Below are positions 10,505 to 22,405 of a DNA stretch of 64,000 nt, one piece after another (position 1 is the first letter of the stretch; every line of letters begins with the position of its first letter). This DNA is from Vairimorpha necatrix (Eukaryota). Both the position numbers and the translations under genes were made by a program. The notes below the pieces were generated by a model. It searched no databases, was not told the origin of the DNA, and saw nothing but the letters and a program-made list of their open reading frames with translations. The stretch is from NCBI GenBank assembly GCA_036630325.1, contig CP142733.1, positions 558,001 to 622,000 of the forward strand. The letters run 5' to 3'.

Positions 10505-13500
10505 AAAGTTTTATGTTCTTGACATGTATCCACTCAGAGATTCCATTAACCTTTACCCATTTTCCTTTGGATCCTAATTGCGTTACCTTTCTCTTTCTTA
10601 AGTACTTCCGGTCTAATTTCGTAGCTGTCAAATTCCTTACATATACTTCGTCGCCTAGCCTGAATTTGGGAGTAGTTAATGTTTTTTTTATATTACGCAT
10701 TTGTATTGCTCTTTCTAGTGGATCATAGTATTCTTTCCCATTTAACGCAGCATTGGGGGAACATCCTATTGATCTATTATAGTTATTATTGATCACCCAT
10801 TCGCACATATCAATGGCTGTGATTATATTTTCGCCTTTCATTATAGACAGTATGAAGGTTATAGTGCGGTTTACTGACTCTGATATACCATTTGAACTTG
10901 GGGTATATGTTGGAACGCGTAAGTGCTTTATGTCCACTTCGTTTAAATATTGTTCAACTTGTTTGCTTGTATACTGCTTTCCGTTATCTGATATTAGTAT
11001 TGTAGGTTTAGATTTTGTTAATTCAGTCCAATTGCTGATTGCGCTTATAATCTCTTCTCCTCTTATTTTATATGCTAAATATAGTTTCGTGTATCGTGTC
11101 TTTATGTCTGTTACTGTAATAATAAATCCTTTATTATGCTTACCCGCGTCCTTAAATTTCTCTAAATTAAATGGACCATATATGTCCGAGCTAATTCTTT
11201 CAAGATTGTTTTCGGCTGACATATGGGCTCCTACCCCTCTTTTGACATAAGTTACTTTGTAAGCTTTGCATTTTCGACAATCATTTACTATTTGTTTGAT
11301 CCTATGGAATAGATGTGGAACATAAAAAAAATTCTTTAGATTATTGTACATTGTTGTTATTCCTCTATGGCCTTGTTCATGATGTATTTTATATAACCAG
11401 TGTTTTACTTTGTTTGGTTTCATAAAAATTTTTCCGTCTTTATTCATTTTTATCCTTTGATTTTTGTCCTTTATCATTGCATCTTTGACCATTTTTATGT
11501 ATCCATCTTCATTGTTTTTGATAATTGTGAAGCATCTCGATAAACTATCTGCAATTACATTTTCTTTACCTTCTATGTGTATTAATTTATGGTTAAATTC
11601 ATTAATGATTAACTTCCAACGACACATTCTTGAGGTTTCTAGTTTCACGTTGTTTAAGCAATTTTTACTGTCTGTTCTGACTTCTACAAAATTTCCTTGC
11701 AAGATGCCTTTAAAGTGTATGAGTGATAAAAGGATTCCAAGATATTCCTTTTCTACAATACTATAATTTAGTTCAACCTTTCCAAATTTTTTACTAAAAT
11801 ATCCAATCGGACCATCCTCTTGGTAAAGTACACTACCTATCCCCATATCAGAAGCATCACATTCTAAGGTGAATGACTTTGTGTAATCTGGGCAGATTAA
11901 TCTCGCTCTATTTTTAATAAATTCGCTTATGTCCTTAATAATGTTCTTAACATGCTGAGTCGATTCTATTTTTGCTCCTTGCTGCAGCATGTTTGTCAAT
12001 GGGAGTAATTTTGTAGACAAATTTGGTAGGAATTTTCTATACCATCCAATCGTCCCTAATAGTTTTTGGACATCTCTTTTAGTTTTTAGTCTTCTCTCTA
12101 ATATTTCTTTAGGAATCAATTTGTTCGCTGGAAACACACCGTCAGCATTTATTGTATTTCCTAGTACCGTGATTTCATCTTTCATAAAGTTACTTTTTTC
12201 AAAGTTTATTTTTACATTTTTCTCTTTGAGTTTGTTCAAAACATTTACTATTAATTTGTTGTGTTCTTCCTTGGTTTCTGAGAATAATACAATATCATCT
12301 ATGTACACGAAGCAGTTATCCACTTCGTGTAATATTTCAGTGATGTATCTTTGGAAAATTTTTGGACCCGGTTTAATGCCAAAGGGTATACGTTTGTATC
12401 GGTATTGGGCTCCCATAATCATAAATGATGTCAAGTCTCTGCTTTCTTGCTGGATTTTAATCTGGTTGAATCCGTTCTTTAAATCTATTTGAGAAAAGTA
12501 CTTATTTCTTCCCATCCTTAGTATACAGTCATCTATTTTTGGTATTGAAAAAATGTCATCTTCGATGTGATCATTTATCTCTTTAAAATTTATGACCAGT
12601 CTTAATTCACCAGTTTTCTTTTCGATAAAATATCCTGGGCTTGCGAAAGTTGCTCTAGACTTCTCTATAATATCTTCATCAAGTAATCTTTTAACCTCCT
12701 TTCTTGCTCTTTCATAATATTTGAAAGCTATATTGTAGAATTTATGTCGCGTGATATTCAACTTCTTTATAACCGAAAATCGAGCTTCATCCATTTTCAT
12801 AGAGTAAAATTTATCATTTAGTTTCTTATAATTTTCAAGGTGTGAAATATAAATTTCCTTCGAAGCAGACACATAAAGTAAACTGTTTAATCGTTCATTT
12901 AACATCTCATCCGTGTTTGTTATCGCGTCCATAAAGGGAATTTCTTCATTGTTGATAACAAGTGATTGGTTAGCAAAATCAATTGTAGCTTTATTCTTCC
13001 TTAGCCATTCAGATCCTAGTAGTAAATCGACTGGGCAATTTTTAATAATATAGAATTCAATATCCATGATAATATTTGGAGACAACCTTATTCGTATTCT
13101 AGCTTTAGTGTTAATCATTCTTTCATCTCCATTTCCAAATATAGTAGTGAAGGGCTGACACGGTTCAGCTATATGATCATTCATGTTGACCACTTGTTCA
13201 CTCACAAAATTCAAGTGTGAACCTGTATCGATTAACAATAAGTAATTATTTGAGTCTAATATTCCTATTATTTTTACTTCTTTCTGATTACTTGTTGTTC
13301 CTAGCTGAATAACCATATTATTTCTTTTTGTTTTTTCTTCAAAATGTATCGTTTTATCTTTAGTATCTTTGAGATTGTTCCGAAGTCTACAATCTCTTGT
13401 ATTGTGCGAAAAGCTCTTGTGCACACTACAATAAGGATTTCTTGATTTGCAAATTTTGCTTGTTTCATTAGGTACATATCCATTCTCGTTTCGTCTTCCT

Positions 13501-14048
13501 ATTTGAGAAATAATAGTTGATTCTAAAGTCTTTAGATAAGCAATAACGTCTGAAGTGGTCCGCGTATTAACCTCATTTTTGCAAAGTTCCATCTCAGTTT
13601 GTTTACCTAGTCCTCTAAAAAATACTTCTGAAAATTTTCTCTCAGCTTCTTGCTTAGTTAAATTATTTGGGAAACTGTAGGCATCTAACTTTTGGGAAAT
13701 ATTCTTCACATAATCTTCCAGATATATGTGGTTGCACTGCCTAACATCTTCGAGCTCCTGTGCAATTTTAAATCTCATGTTTCTAGGATAGGCAATTTCT
13801 AATAATGCCGCTCTTAATTTTAAGTATGATTTACTATACTTGGCGTTTAAAAAGTGATCACCAACTAACATGGTCCCATATATTCTTCCCATCTGCTCAT
13901 CATTCCAGCCATTGGCCTCTGCTAGATTCTCAAATTTCTGTAGCTCCACCATTGAAATTTCTGATGGTTTTTTAATAATTTTTATTTTTTCTTTACTTAT
14001 CACATCTGTTCCAGTGATCTTCATGTCGAATTCTCTGTATTCGAACAT
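10503..14048 (-). CDS. Gag-Pol polyprotein (1181 aa from the first ATG after the LTR; frame is open upstream into the LTR)
   Basis: Gag knuckle CX2HX4HX4C; protease LIDTGS; RT IDLKNGF/PFG/YIDD; RNase H CDASD..EKE..TD..ADSLSR; integrase HHCC (H..GH..CRKC) and D,D,E (SDIYGP, SDNG, NGISE). No chromodomain seen. Confidence 0.95.
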   Translation of the reverse strand: MFEYREFDMKITGTDVISKEKIKIIKKPSEISMVELQKFENLAEANGWNDEQMGRIYGTMLVGDHFLNAKYSKSYLKLRAALLEIAYPRNMRFKIAQELEDVRQCNHIYLEDYVKNISQKLDAYSFPNNLTKQEAERKFSEVFFRGLGKQTEMELCKNEVNTRTTSDVIAYLKTLESTIISQIGRRNENGYVPNETSKICKSRNPYCSVHKSFSHNTRDCRLRNNLKDTKDKTIHFEEKTKRNNMVIQLGTTSNQKEVKIIGILDSNNYLLLIDTGSHLNFVSEQVVNMNDHIAEPCQPFTTIFGNGDERMINTKARIRIRLSPNIIMDIEFYIIKNCPVDLLLGSEWLRKNKATIDFANQSLVINNEEIPFMDAITNTDEMLNERLNSLLYVSASKEIYISHLENYKKLNDKFYSMKMDEARFSVIKKLNITRHKFYNIAFKYYERARKEVKRLLDEDIIEKSRATFASPGYFIEKKTGELRLVINFKEINDHIEDDIFSIPKIDDCILRMGRNKYFSQIDLKNGFNQIKIQQESRDLTSFMIMGAQYRYKRIPFGIKPGPKIFQRYITEILHEVDNCFVYIDDIVLFSETKEEHNKLIVNVLNKLKEKNVKINFEKSNFMKDEITVLGNTINADGVFPANKLIPKEILERRLKTKRDVQKLLGTIGWYRKFLPNLSTKLLPLTNMLQQGAKIESTQHVKNIIKDISEFIKNRARLICPDYTKSFTLECDASDMGIGSVLYQEDGPIGYFSKKFGKVELNYSIVEKEYLGILLSLIHFKGILQGNFVEVRTDSKNCLNNVKLETSRMCRWKLIINEFNHKLIHIEGKENVIADSLSRCFTIIKNNEDGYIKMVKDAMIKDKNQRIKMNKDGKIFMKPNKVKHWLYKIHHEQGHRGITTMYNNLKNFFYVPHLFHRIKQIVNDCRKCKAYKVTYVKRGVGAHMSAENNLERISSDIYGPFNLEKFKDAGKHNKGFIITVTDIKTRYTKLYLAYKIRGEEIISAISNWTELTKSKPTILISDNGKQYTSKQVEQYLNEVDIKHLRVPTYTPSSNGISESVNRTITFILSIMKGENIITAIDMCEWVINNNYNRSIGCSPNAALNGKEYYDPLERAIQMRNIKKTLTTPKFRLGDEVYVRNLTATKLDRKYLRKRKVTQLGSKGKWVKVNGISEWIHVKNIKL

Positions 14049-14097
14049 GGAATTTCTATCTTCGTACTTACTATTTAATTCGTCTTTGAATTCAAAA

Positions 14098-14400
14098 TGA
14101 CACAATCCAGAGGAGCTACCTCTGGACAAATATAGTTCTATTAAATTATACGTTTTATTTATTTGATTAAAGCCTCGTTGGGCATCCGTAATGGGATACT
14201 GGTCCCTGGCTCTGAGGCCCTTCCTTGGTCGTGGATTCCAAGGGTATTGATCTTTGTCTTGTCTCATAATTTTGTTGGGGTCAGGGCAAAAAGGAAATAA
14301 ATAATTGATTTTTGGAATAGACCGGTCGAATGGTCTATTTTCCAAAAAGGGAAAATTGATAAAATAAAAATAAATAATTTGTGGTATTTATAATACCACA
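14098..14400 (-). repeat. 5' LTR (303 bp)
   Basis: Direct repeat of 10189-10491, flanked by TSD GGAAA. Confidence 0.96.
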
Positions 14401-14469
14401 GGAAATATCATTTATTTTAATTTATTTCTTATTTTATACTATTAATAAATCCAAAAAACGACGAACCCC

Positions 14470-15107
14470 ATATTTTATTTTCTTTTCATCTATTAGAATT
14501 CCTATGTACTGACATACTTTTTATTATTCGAAAAGATGAAAATTCCGAAATTTACATTGGTACAGATAAAGAAATTAATGTCGAGCAACCATCATCTCAA
14601 TATATTTTTGAAATAACTGAATCAAATAAGTTTGATTTAGAGAAATCAGGAAGAAAAAATAAACATTTAATTCGACCCCCCAAATCTCGCAATTTTTTAC
14701 CACTGAGGTATGAGGATAGACAAGCATTTGATAATAAAGTATTAAGGATTGATTATCAAAGCGATGAAGAACTTTCTCTTGCTTTCAAACTTGTGAATGC
14801 TAAAGTTGTATTAAAAACTATATTTCCATACGATTTAAAAGAACAATTTTATATAACAGCAAAGAAAATATCACTTAAAAATACTCTTGAATATTGTTTG
14901 TCAAGTAGAAGACTTAAGCTAAATCCAAACAAAGATATATACGAATTAAGGCTATGTATAACCAATAAGGTTGATAGACAATTTATAATTAATCTCCCTC
15001 AGGTCTACAAGAAATACTTGGCAATTCAATCATATATAATGAGAAGAAATGAAGAAATTCACGAACAAGAAATAATTGCGTACCAAATGGAGTATTTTTC
15101 GATGTAA
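14470..15107 (+). pseudogene. Family A gene lacking a start codon (CCCC-AT-ATT; G of ATG apparently deleted)
   Basis: Frame is open from 14472 (ILFSFHLLEFLCTDILFIIRKDENSEIYIG..) into the 14793 ORF and is colinear with the 17012 protein. There is no in-frame ATG back to the stop at 14418-14420. Confidence 0.85.
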
Positions 15108-17011
15108 GAAATAATATAACTTGTGTTTATAAAAATTCGGGTTTTTTAAATAAAGTTTTTTGAGTATTATTTGTTTTATATAAAAAATCCTTCCCGTTTT
15201 TATAAAAAACCATTGAGAGGTTTATTTTTTAAATTTTTTTTTTCTGTGAATTTAATAGAAACTTATTAAAAAATGTTTTTTCGTATCAACTCAACCAAAA
15301 TTTATACTGCAAGAAAATAATTCACTTCAAATTAAAACAGAATTCAAAAATTATCTTAATATTACATTTTAGCTTTTTTTTCGTAGATTCTATTTTTATC
15401 TGTACATAAATTTTCTAAATATCGTATTATTTTGTCTTAAACAATAATTTTCAATAGTTTTGTTTATTAGCATATATCATCATTATTTTATGATATTCTT
15501 TATAAAATTTTCTGTTTTATATTTGAGTTAAAGACAGTTAGATGGTTATTTTTGTTCATTTTTTTCAAATTATGAAAGAAAAATTATATAAGGAAAAGTA
15601 ATATATACTGTGGCACGAGCTGCCTTCTGGTCGACGACATGTCATCAAAATTTGTATAAATATGTTAATTTAAAGATTTTTTGTTATTTTTTTCATCTTC
15701 AATTTCGAGCTTAAAAATGCCTTTTTTTATAGTTATATTTTTTCGCCCGATCACATGTTTCATCTTGTAGAAAGATGTTTATATAATTATTGATAAAAGC
15801 ATATTTAGAATGTTAAACATTGCTATAGTCTCTTGATTTTAACCATTGTTAGTTTACGATGAATCATGTATAAAAATAACATCTTAGTCATTTGACAATT
15901 ATGACTAAAGTATTAGCATTTTATGATACTCTACATCTCTAGAGTTCCTTAAGAATCTCATGTGTCATATATCGGTGTAAAATATATAAAAAATGTTTTA
16001 TAAGTTACTTTTTCGAATTCATATCACCCATGCTTTAACATGGTTATTTAAATAATTTCTTACGATTATTAATTTCCGTCCTTTAAATTTAGTCTAGCGG
16101 TAAAAAATGAGTTAGTCGAAATATTATAGAACAAAAATAGTGAGGATGCGTAATTTAACAAATTTATGTAATTGCAAACATTTGAAACACATTTTATACC
16201 ATTTCAAATTATAAATATATAAAAATATATATAATCTTACACATCGTTCTGAATATATAGTATGTTAATCCTATAATTAGTGTAGTATTTTTATATGGTA
16301 CTTAAGTTTTCTTTCGGAGTATTTCTGTACTTGCATACTATTTATTATTATCTTATGAGCAATTTTATCGAGGTTTAATTATATGGCAAAAATCGTGTAC
16401 ATTTGTTCATAATCATTAATGTTCTCATTTTGTTCAATAAAAACGAGTTTTCTGGAATTGACTAAACAAAGAAGCATAATTTCAATTGCTTTTAATATTT
16501 AAGCTGATACGTTTTTTATGTATTTTTGTTTGTAAAATGTCAAAAAATTTAATTAAAACTTCAAAGATATGATTTTACGTAAGTTTCTCATAAAATATTA
16601 TAAGACGATAAAAAAAAATAACTTTTTCATGTTTGTCGTATTGCAAAATCACTAGATTGTAATTTTTTCTTTAAAATTCTCAAGATATTTTGACTATTAT
16701 TTCCAATAAAGAACTTTAAAGAAGTTAATAACTATATTCGATTATTTTTGACATTAAAAACTTCATTCCTTGAATAAATGAACTGACCTTTGTTATAAAT
16801 TTTTAATTCATATTAAATAAAAATCAAGTGTAAAAAAATATTGACGTTTTTTAATTTATCAATCTAAAGAAATTTGGCAAACTATGTAAAAACTTATAAT
16901 TTATATTTTATATTATATATATGAAAAAAATTTAAATTTTTACATAAGAAATCAAATTTTAATTTAATATTTAATTTATTCTTTTATAAATGCAAAAAAC
17001 TTCAGTGCCCC

Positions 17012-17647
17012 ATGATGTTATTTTGGTTTCCATTTTTACATAGTCTTTGCACTGGCATTATGTTTATTGATAGAAAAGATGTCGATTTTGAAATTTACAT
17101 AGGTTTTAACAATGAAATTAACGGAGACAACTATTCACCTTATCATATTTTTGAAATTTCGAATTCCTATGAATTTTATAAAGCTAAACTTATTAGAAAT
17201 AACAATTACGAATTGGTTGTAAAAGATACTCAGCATCTTCTCACTCCGTTAATGCTCGACGATAGACAAATATTTGAAAAGGATTTGAAAAAAAGTTACA
17301 GTGAAAGTGATGAAGGTCTTTCGAAACTTGTTGAATTACTTTGCGATAGTCAAGTTATATTAAGAGCGAAATTTCCATTTGATATAAATGAAAGATTTTA
17401 CATAACATTAAATAAAATCTCTCCTGATTATAACCTTGAATATTGGATAACTAGTAGAAGTCTCAAGTTAAATCGAAACCGAAATATATACGAATTAAAA
17501 TTGCGAACTATTTCAAGCTTTGATAAAAACTTTTTTGTATGTATTCCTAGGACATACAGTGAACACATAAATAGTCAATTAGAAGAGTTGGAATTAAGCG
17601 CTAACTTTGTTCTATCAGAACTTGATGAAACTATCTATATGGAATAG
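17012..17647 (+). CDS. Hypothetical secreted protein, family A (211 aa)
   Basis: CCCC-ATG start and signal-peptide-like N-terminus. LCT..EIYIG, VILRAKFPFD..FYIT and SRSLKLN..IYEL are shared with the 14470 copy. Confidence 0.88.
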   Translation: MMLFWFPFLHSLCTGIMFIDRKDVDFEIYIGFNNEINGDNYSPYHIFEISNSYEFYKAKLIRNNNYELVVKDTQHLLTPLMLDDRQIFEKDLKKSYSESDEGLSKLVELLCDSQVILRAKFPFDINERFYITLNKISPDYNLEYWITSRSLKLNRNRNIYELKLRTISSFDKNFFVCIPRTYSEHINSQLEELELSANFVLSELDETIYME

Positions 17648-18065
17648 TAAAAATTTATTAAATTTTATCATTTTAAAATAATTTAGTTGTAAAAAATTTA
17701 CTTTCTCATTAATATTTACAATAATATAATATTTTGTCGTAGATTCTTTTATCCGTCTTTAAAATCAATTTGAACTTTTAATCGCACAATAGCTTTGTTA
17801 ATCTTTAAATAGAAAATCAATACCCGCTTATTATGTCAAACACGAAAAAATAATATTTTAAAAATAAATTCAAATTATTTTTTTAATCAATTCTAATTTT
17901 GACATTTAACGATTATGATATGTCCAATTTTAATATTTCTACAAAAAATTATTTATTTTTTGTTCAAACCGATTTTTTATAATAAAAATTAAATATTATT
18001 TTACCCATCAATATTTAATATAATTTTTTTAATTTAAATATATTATGGGGGTTCTTAGTGCCCTT

Positions 18066-19207
18066 ATGGTACCTTCATTCTTGTTTATATATGTTACAAT
18101 ATGTACTGATCCTTTGTTTATCATTCCAAGAGAAAATTAAAATGTATATCTATACATTTCATTGAAAGATGTACTTACCCAAGAAGTGTATTCAACATTC
18201 CTAATAACTGAACTGCTATGATGAAGACATTGTAGATGGAGTTGTTAGGTCCTACGATAAAAGATTAGAAAATGGAAGAAAGACTAAGCCTTGATTTTTT
18301 AAAACCGAAAAGTTAGAAGAAAAACAAAGTGTAAAGAAAACTTTATCAGATTATAGGATTATGCATTATAAAAAACCAATCTTGTCGATTTAGTTTATAG
18401 CGGCAATGTTATATTAAAAACGACATTTGTACTTGATGCAAAAAAGGCATATTTATTTGATTTTTTGAATATTACTAAAAGTCCAAATTGTTTTTTTATT
18501 AAACAAGTAAAAAAAAGATTTGACAGATCAAATAGGCTATATGAAATCATTTGGTTAGGTTTTTATAGTCCACCGACATTAGAAAAAAATGTTAGTGTTT
18601 CCTAGTTATACAGAGATAATTTATTTATACTAAATCAATTTATTAATTTAAAAGATGATTTAGAAATAATAAATAGTTATCTACAGTCAAAAATAGTTTT
18701 TGAGCAAAAAGAAAAAAACTTTGATGACTATGAGTGTATGTTGTCGATTACTAACGACAACGAAATAAATTGTCCCATCGCTACAGACAATTTTACAGAG
18801 AAAAAAATTTTTGTTAGAGAAAATAACGCGAGAAATAGTGACTTAAAACATTGTAATAGAATTACCCAACTGAAAAAAATATGAAAAAAATATTTATACC
18901 TGATGATATATCAACAGATAAAGATTTAAAATTTTATGAGCAAAATGGTAGTTCTGTTAACTCAAATGCCAAAGAGCTTGTTAAAGTTGTAATGCCAGAT
19001 ATAGCCTTTTCTCCTGAACGTGTTGAAAATATAAACTTTAGTGGAGAGAAAAATTCTACAAATGAAGACAAGAAAGAAGTAAAAGATAAAGAAAATAATA
19101 ATGTTAAAAATGAAGACGAAAAAAACAAACTAGAAAATGAAAAGAGTCATGTTAAACAATTTTTACTTGTATTTTTCTTATTCAAAGTTATATTAATAGT
19201 ATTTTAA
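18066..19207 (+). pseudogene. Long-form family A pseudogene with K/E/N-rich stalk and C-terminal hydrophobic tail
   Basis: CCCTT-ATG, then MVPSFLFIYVTICTDPLFII..*..LYISL; YDKRLENGRKTKP* (compare YDKRSKEGKSTKPY at 24894); VILKTT; IIWL. It has several stops and frameshifts. The 18881 ORF supplies the terminal QFLLVFFLFKVILIVF. Confidence 0.8.
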
Positions 19208-22200
19208 AGTTCTAAGATCTAATAAAAAGATATTTTAAAAGCTTTAAAATTTTTTTTAAATATTTTTATGCTATATACTAACATAATTTCACATTTAAGC
19301 AAAAACTTAGTCTCGGTACTTTTTTTTTATTTTTTTGCTTTAAAAAATATTCATGTGCTTTAGTTAACGATAGGGCCGTGTTATAAAAGAATAATGAAGA
19401 TGTATTTTTCAATAAATATATTCTATATTGCAATAGCTTGCCGATAAAGACTTCTGTTGCATTTCTTTATACATAATTCGTAATAAGCATTATGGTGAAA
19501 ACTCATTGGTGTTAATTGTCTTTTATAGATAAATTCTATCTTAATTTGTTAAAGAAGTTGAATGAATAAATATAAAACATAAATCAGGGTTTTACTAAAG
19601 CTATTTTTTATATAGATACAAACATTGTTTTTTTTAAAGAATACAAAAAAAGTATTTATATAAATAATCATATAGTGTAATATTAGTTTTTAATACGTTT
19701 AAACAAATAAAATTTGTCAATAACGAATTAGCACATGAAATTTTTTATATTATTTGATTAATTGTGACAAATAAATTATTCTTACTTTGATTTTTTTATA
19801 AACTTAATATATAATAGCAAATAATTTCGTGCTAACTTAAAAAAATTCTGTTATTAAATCTGTAAAAATTGTCGTATATAAAATAAAGGAAACGACTAAA
19901 ATATAAAATGTATTTGTGGAATATGCGATCAAATTTTTGAATAATTTCGGTCTTTTGTTATTATATCTTTTTTAGTTAGAACCCATTTGATTTTCTTTTT
20001 ATTTTGATTTTTGACTACAATTGCTTTACAACTCTATTCTTGGTGGCTAAATATACCAACTGTGTAGGCATATACTTAAGCTTTTTAGGTAATATTTTCA
20101 GACTATATATTTTACATATTTTATCACTGAATTGATTAATAAAAATGATGATTATTGAATAATAAACACGTTATATGAAAGATTATAAAAAGATTATCCA
20201 TACACTACTCATGGTTTCAAACAAAAAACGTAATATATAAGAAAATACTTATGCTTTAATTTTGACATGCAACTCTTATGGTGAAGAACAAATGTATCTG
20301 AGAAATTATTTTGTTTATACAACAAAATATTAAATCAAGAGTATCAATTGATCTTCTGAATACAACTAGGTCTTTGTTTGTTTAAAATTTTTAAAAGCAT
20401 ATAATTTCTATTTAAAATGATTTAAAATTTTATGATATAATCTGGTTGAACATAAAAAACTTTCTATTTGAGTTATAGAACTTTAAAGCAAAGAATAAAA
20501 TCAAATATTTCAGTAAGTTAACATTTAAGATTTGAATTATAATACTCAGATATTATACCAAGTTACGAAAATTGCAGATTATGTATGAATTAAAATTTCG
20601 TTCGTTGGTCTGTAGAAATAGTAAGGTGTTGTATACCAAGAATTGTTACAGAGATTGTGAAAAATTGAGAACATAATCATAAAACCTGATTATGCAGATA
20701 AATTTACATCGAGCTTTAATATTAAAATTTTTAAAAATAATCGTTTTTAATTTCTTTATGTAGATTTTCTAATAATATTAGATTTTTTTTTTATTACATA
20801 ATTTAAATCTGTTTAAAATAATACCGCAAATTTATTTTTCGTTAGTTTTATTAGTATTTTCTAAATTTTAGATGAACTGTATGTTTGATCAAATTTTTCC
20901 CTAAGAAATATTATTTTTTATCGAAATGCTTAAAAATACAAAATCGAAAATAATCTGGATGAAAAAGGGACAATATTTACATCAACTTTCAATATTAAAA
21001 ACAAAATAAATACTTGTTACTCAATTAACTTTTAATTCCCATTTACACATCATTTAATACATTAACTCTATATTAATTTTTATAAGAAATTAAATACTGA
21101 TAAAATTTAAAGTTTAAGACGTATTTGTATCATAAAATTTTTGTATATATAAAGCAATTATTTTATAATGAATCAATTATTTACATTATAAAAAAAATTT
21201 AAAAGCATATTGAATTATTATTATTACAGATAACGCTGACAATAGAAAATTATTGGATTAAAATGAGAAGTAATTACTGTTAATATATACTTCCTCATTT
21301 AAAATAGTTTTTTTACACACATATATACTAAAGAAAGGATCAAATATTTGAGGAAAAGTGCTGTTACTATAAAAGATACAAAACACTAGAAGCCAAATTA
21401 TTATGATTATTTGTTTAGATTTCAATGTAAAGAATTATATTAGTTACTACAACATTATTCGCTATATGTAATTAAAATATTAATATGTTTTAGTTGAGAT
21501 TAGATGGGGCGTTACAACTTTGACATAGAAAATTTTATAATGATTGTGAAATGCTTATGTATGATTTTAAATATAAAAATCAAAATTAAAACAAATGTAA
21601 ATTTGAAAATGCATGCGTAATTATAGCCAATTAGTAGTGATGTGTATATATTTTATAAAAACAAATTTTATAATTATTAGTATTTTAACATTATTTTGTT
21701 ATTTACAAACTTATGAAATAAAACATTATAAATCGTATTAAGAAAAAAATAAAACCATCCGTGAAAGCTATACTTGAAAATTCTTTAAGGACGAATTGAG
21801 CAAGAAATTTTCATTATATATCATAAATTTTGATCTTTTATATTTTTGGTGCAGAATAAAGGATTAATATGCACATATACATGCAATTGGTAACCCAGAT
21901 GGTTTCTCTAAATAAATTTTAATTAAAAAAGTATTTATTGTGATGCGTTGAGACAAATTTTGAGGAATTACATAGATTACAAACAATAAAGCTCTAATTA
22001 TAACTCAAAATAGAAGCATATTACAAATAAAATCTTAAAATGACACTATATAGATTAAATGTGTCAGGCGTATTTTATCTTTGCATTAAATAAAATGGTC
22101 CATTTGAAAACATAATAGTTAGAGTCATAATAAAATTTTCGCCTGAAACGCCAGAATTGAATACTTTCTGTCTAAGAAAAAGAAGAATAAAGTTTTATTT

Positions 22201-22405
22201 GTATTAACTCTATTTCTTTTAAATCGATTGTTTTATTCGTGGTAGCTGTATGTATTTATATAAGCATTAGAATTCCACTTTTTTAATTATTTATAAAAAG
22301 TATTGTTTCAATTTTATATGTTGTTAAAATTTAATTTAATGAAGTTTTTAGTTTATGCGCTGTTTCCAATATTAGATGCGATTCTTTTACATAAATATTT
22401 ATTTT

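Larger units (their letters stand above)
10189..14400 (-). mobile_element. Full-length Ty3/Gypsy LTR retrotransposon, 4212 bp
   Basis: Two 303-bp TG..CA LTRs, 5-bp TSD GGAAA (10184-10188 and 14401-14405), a PPT, and a single gag-pol ORF in PR-RT-RH-IN order. Confidence 0.97.

Noticed and set aside
10513-14100. Plus-strand ORFs (71-167 aa) within the Gypsy element
   Set aside because: Antisense shadows of the pol frame with no independent coding signal.
15884-15908. Inverted repeat TTAGTCAT-N9-ATGACTAA
   Set aside because: An isolated AT-rich 8-bp stem, plausible by chance.
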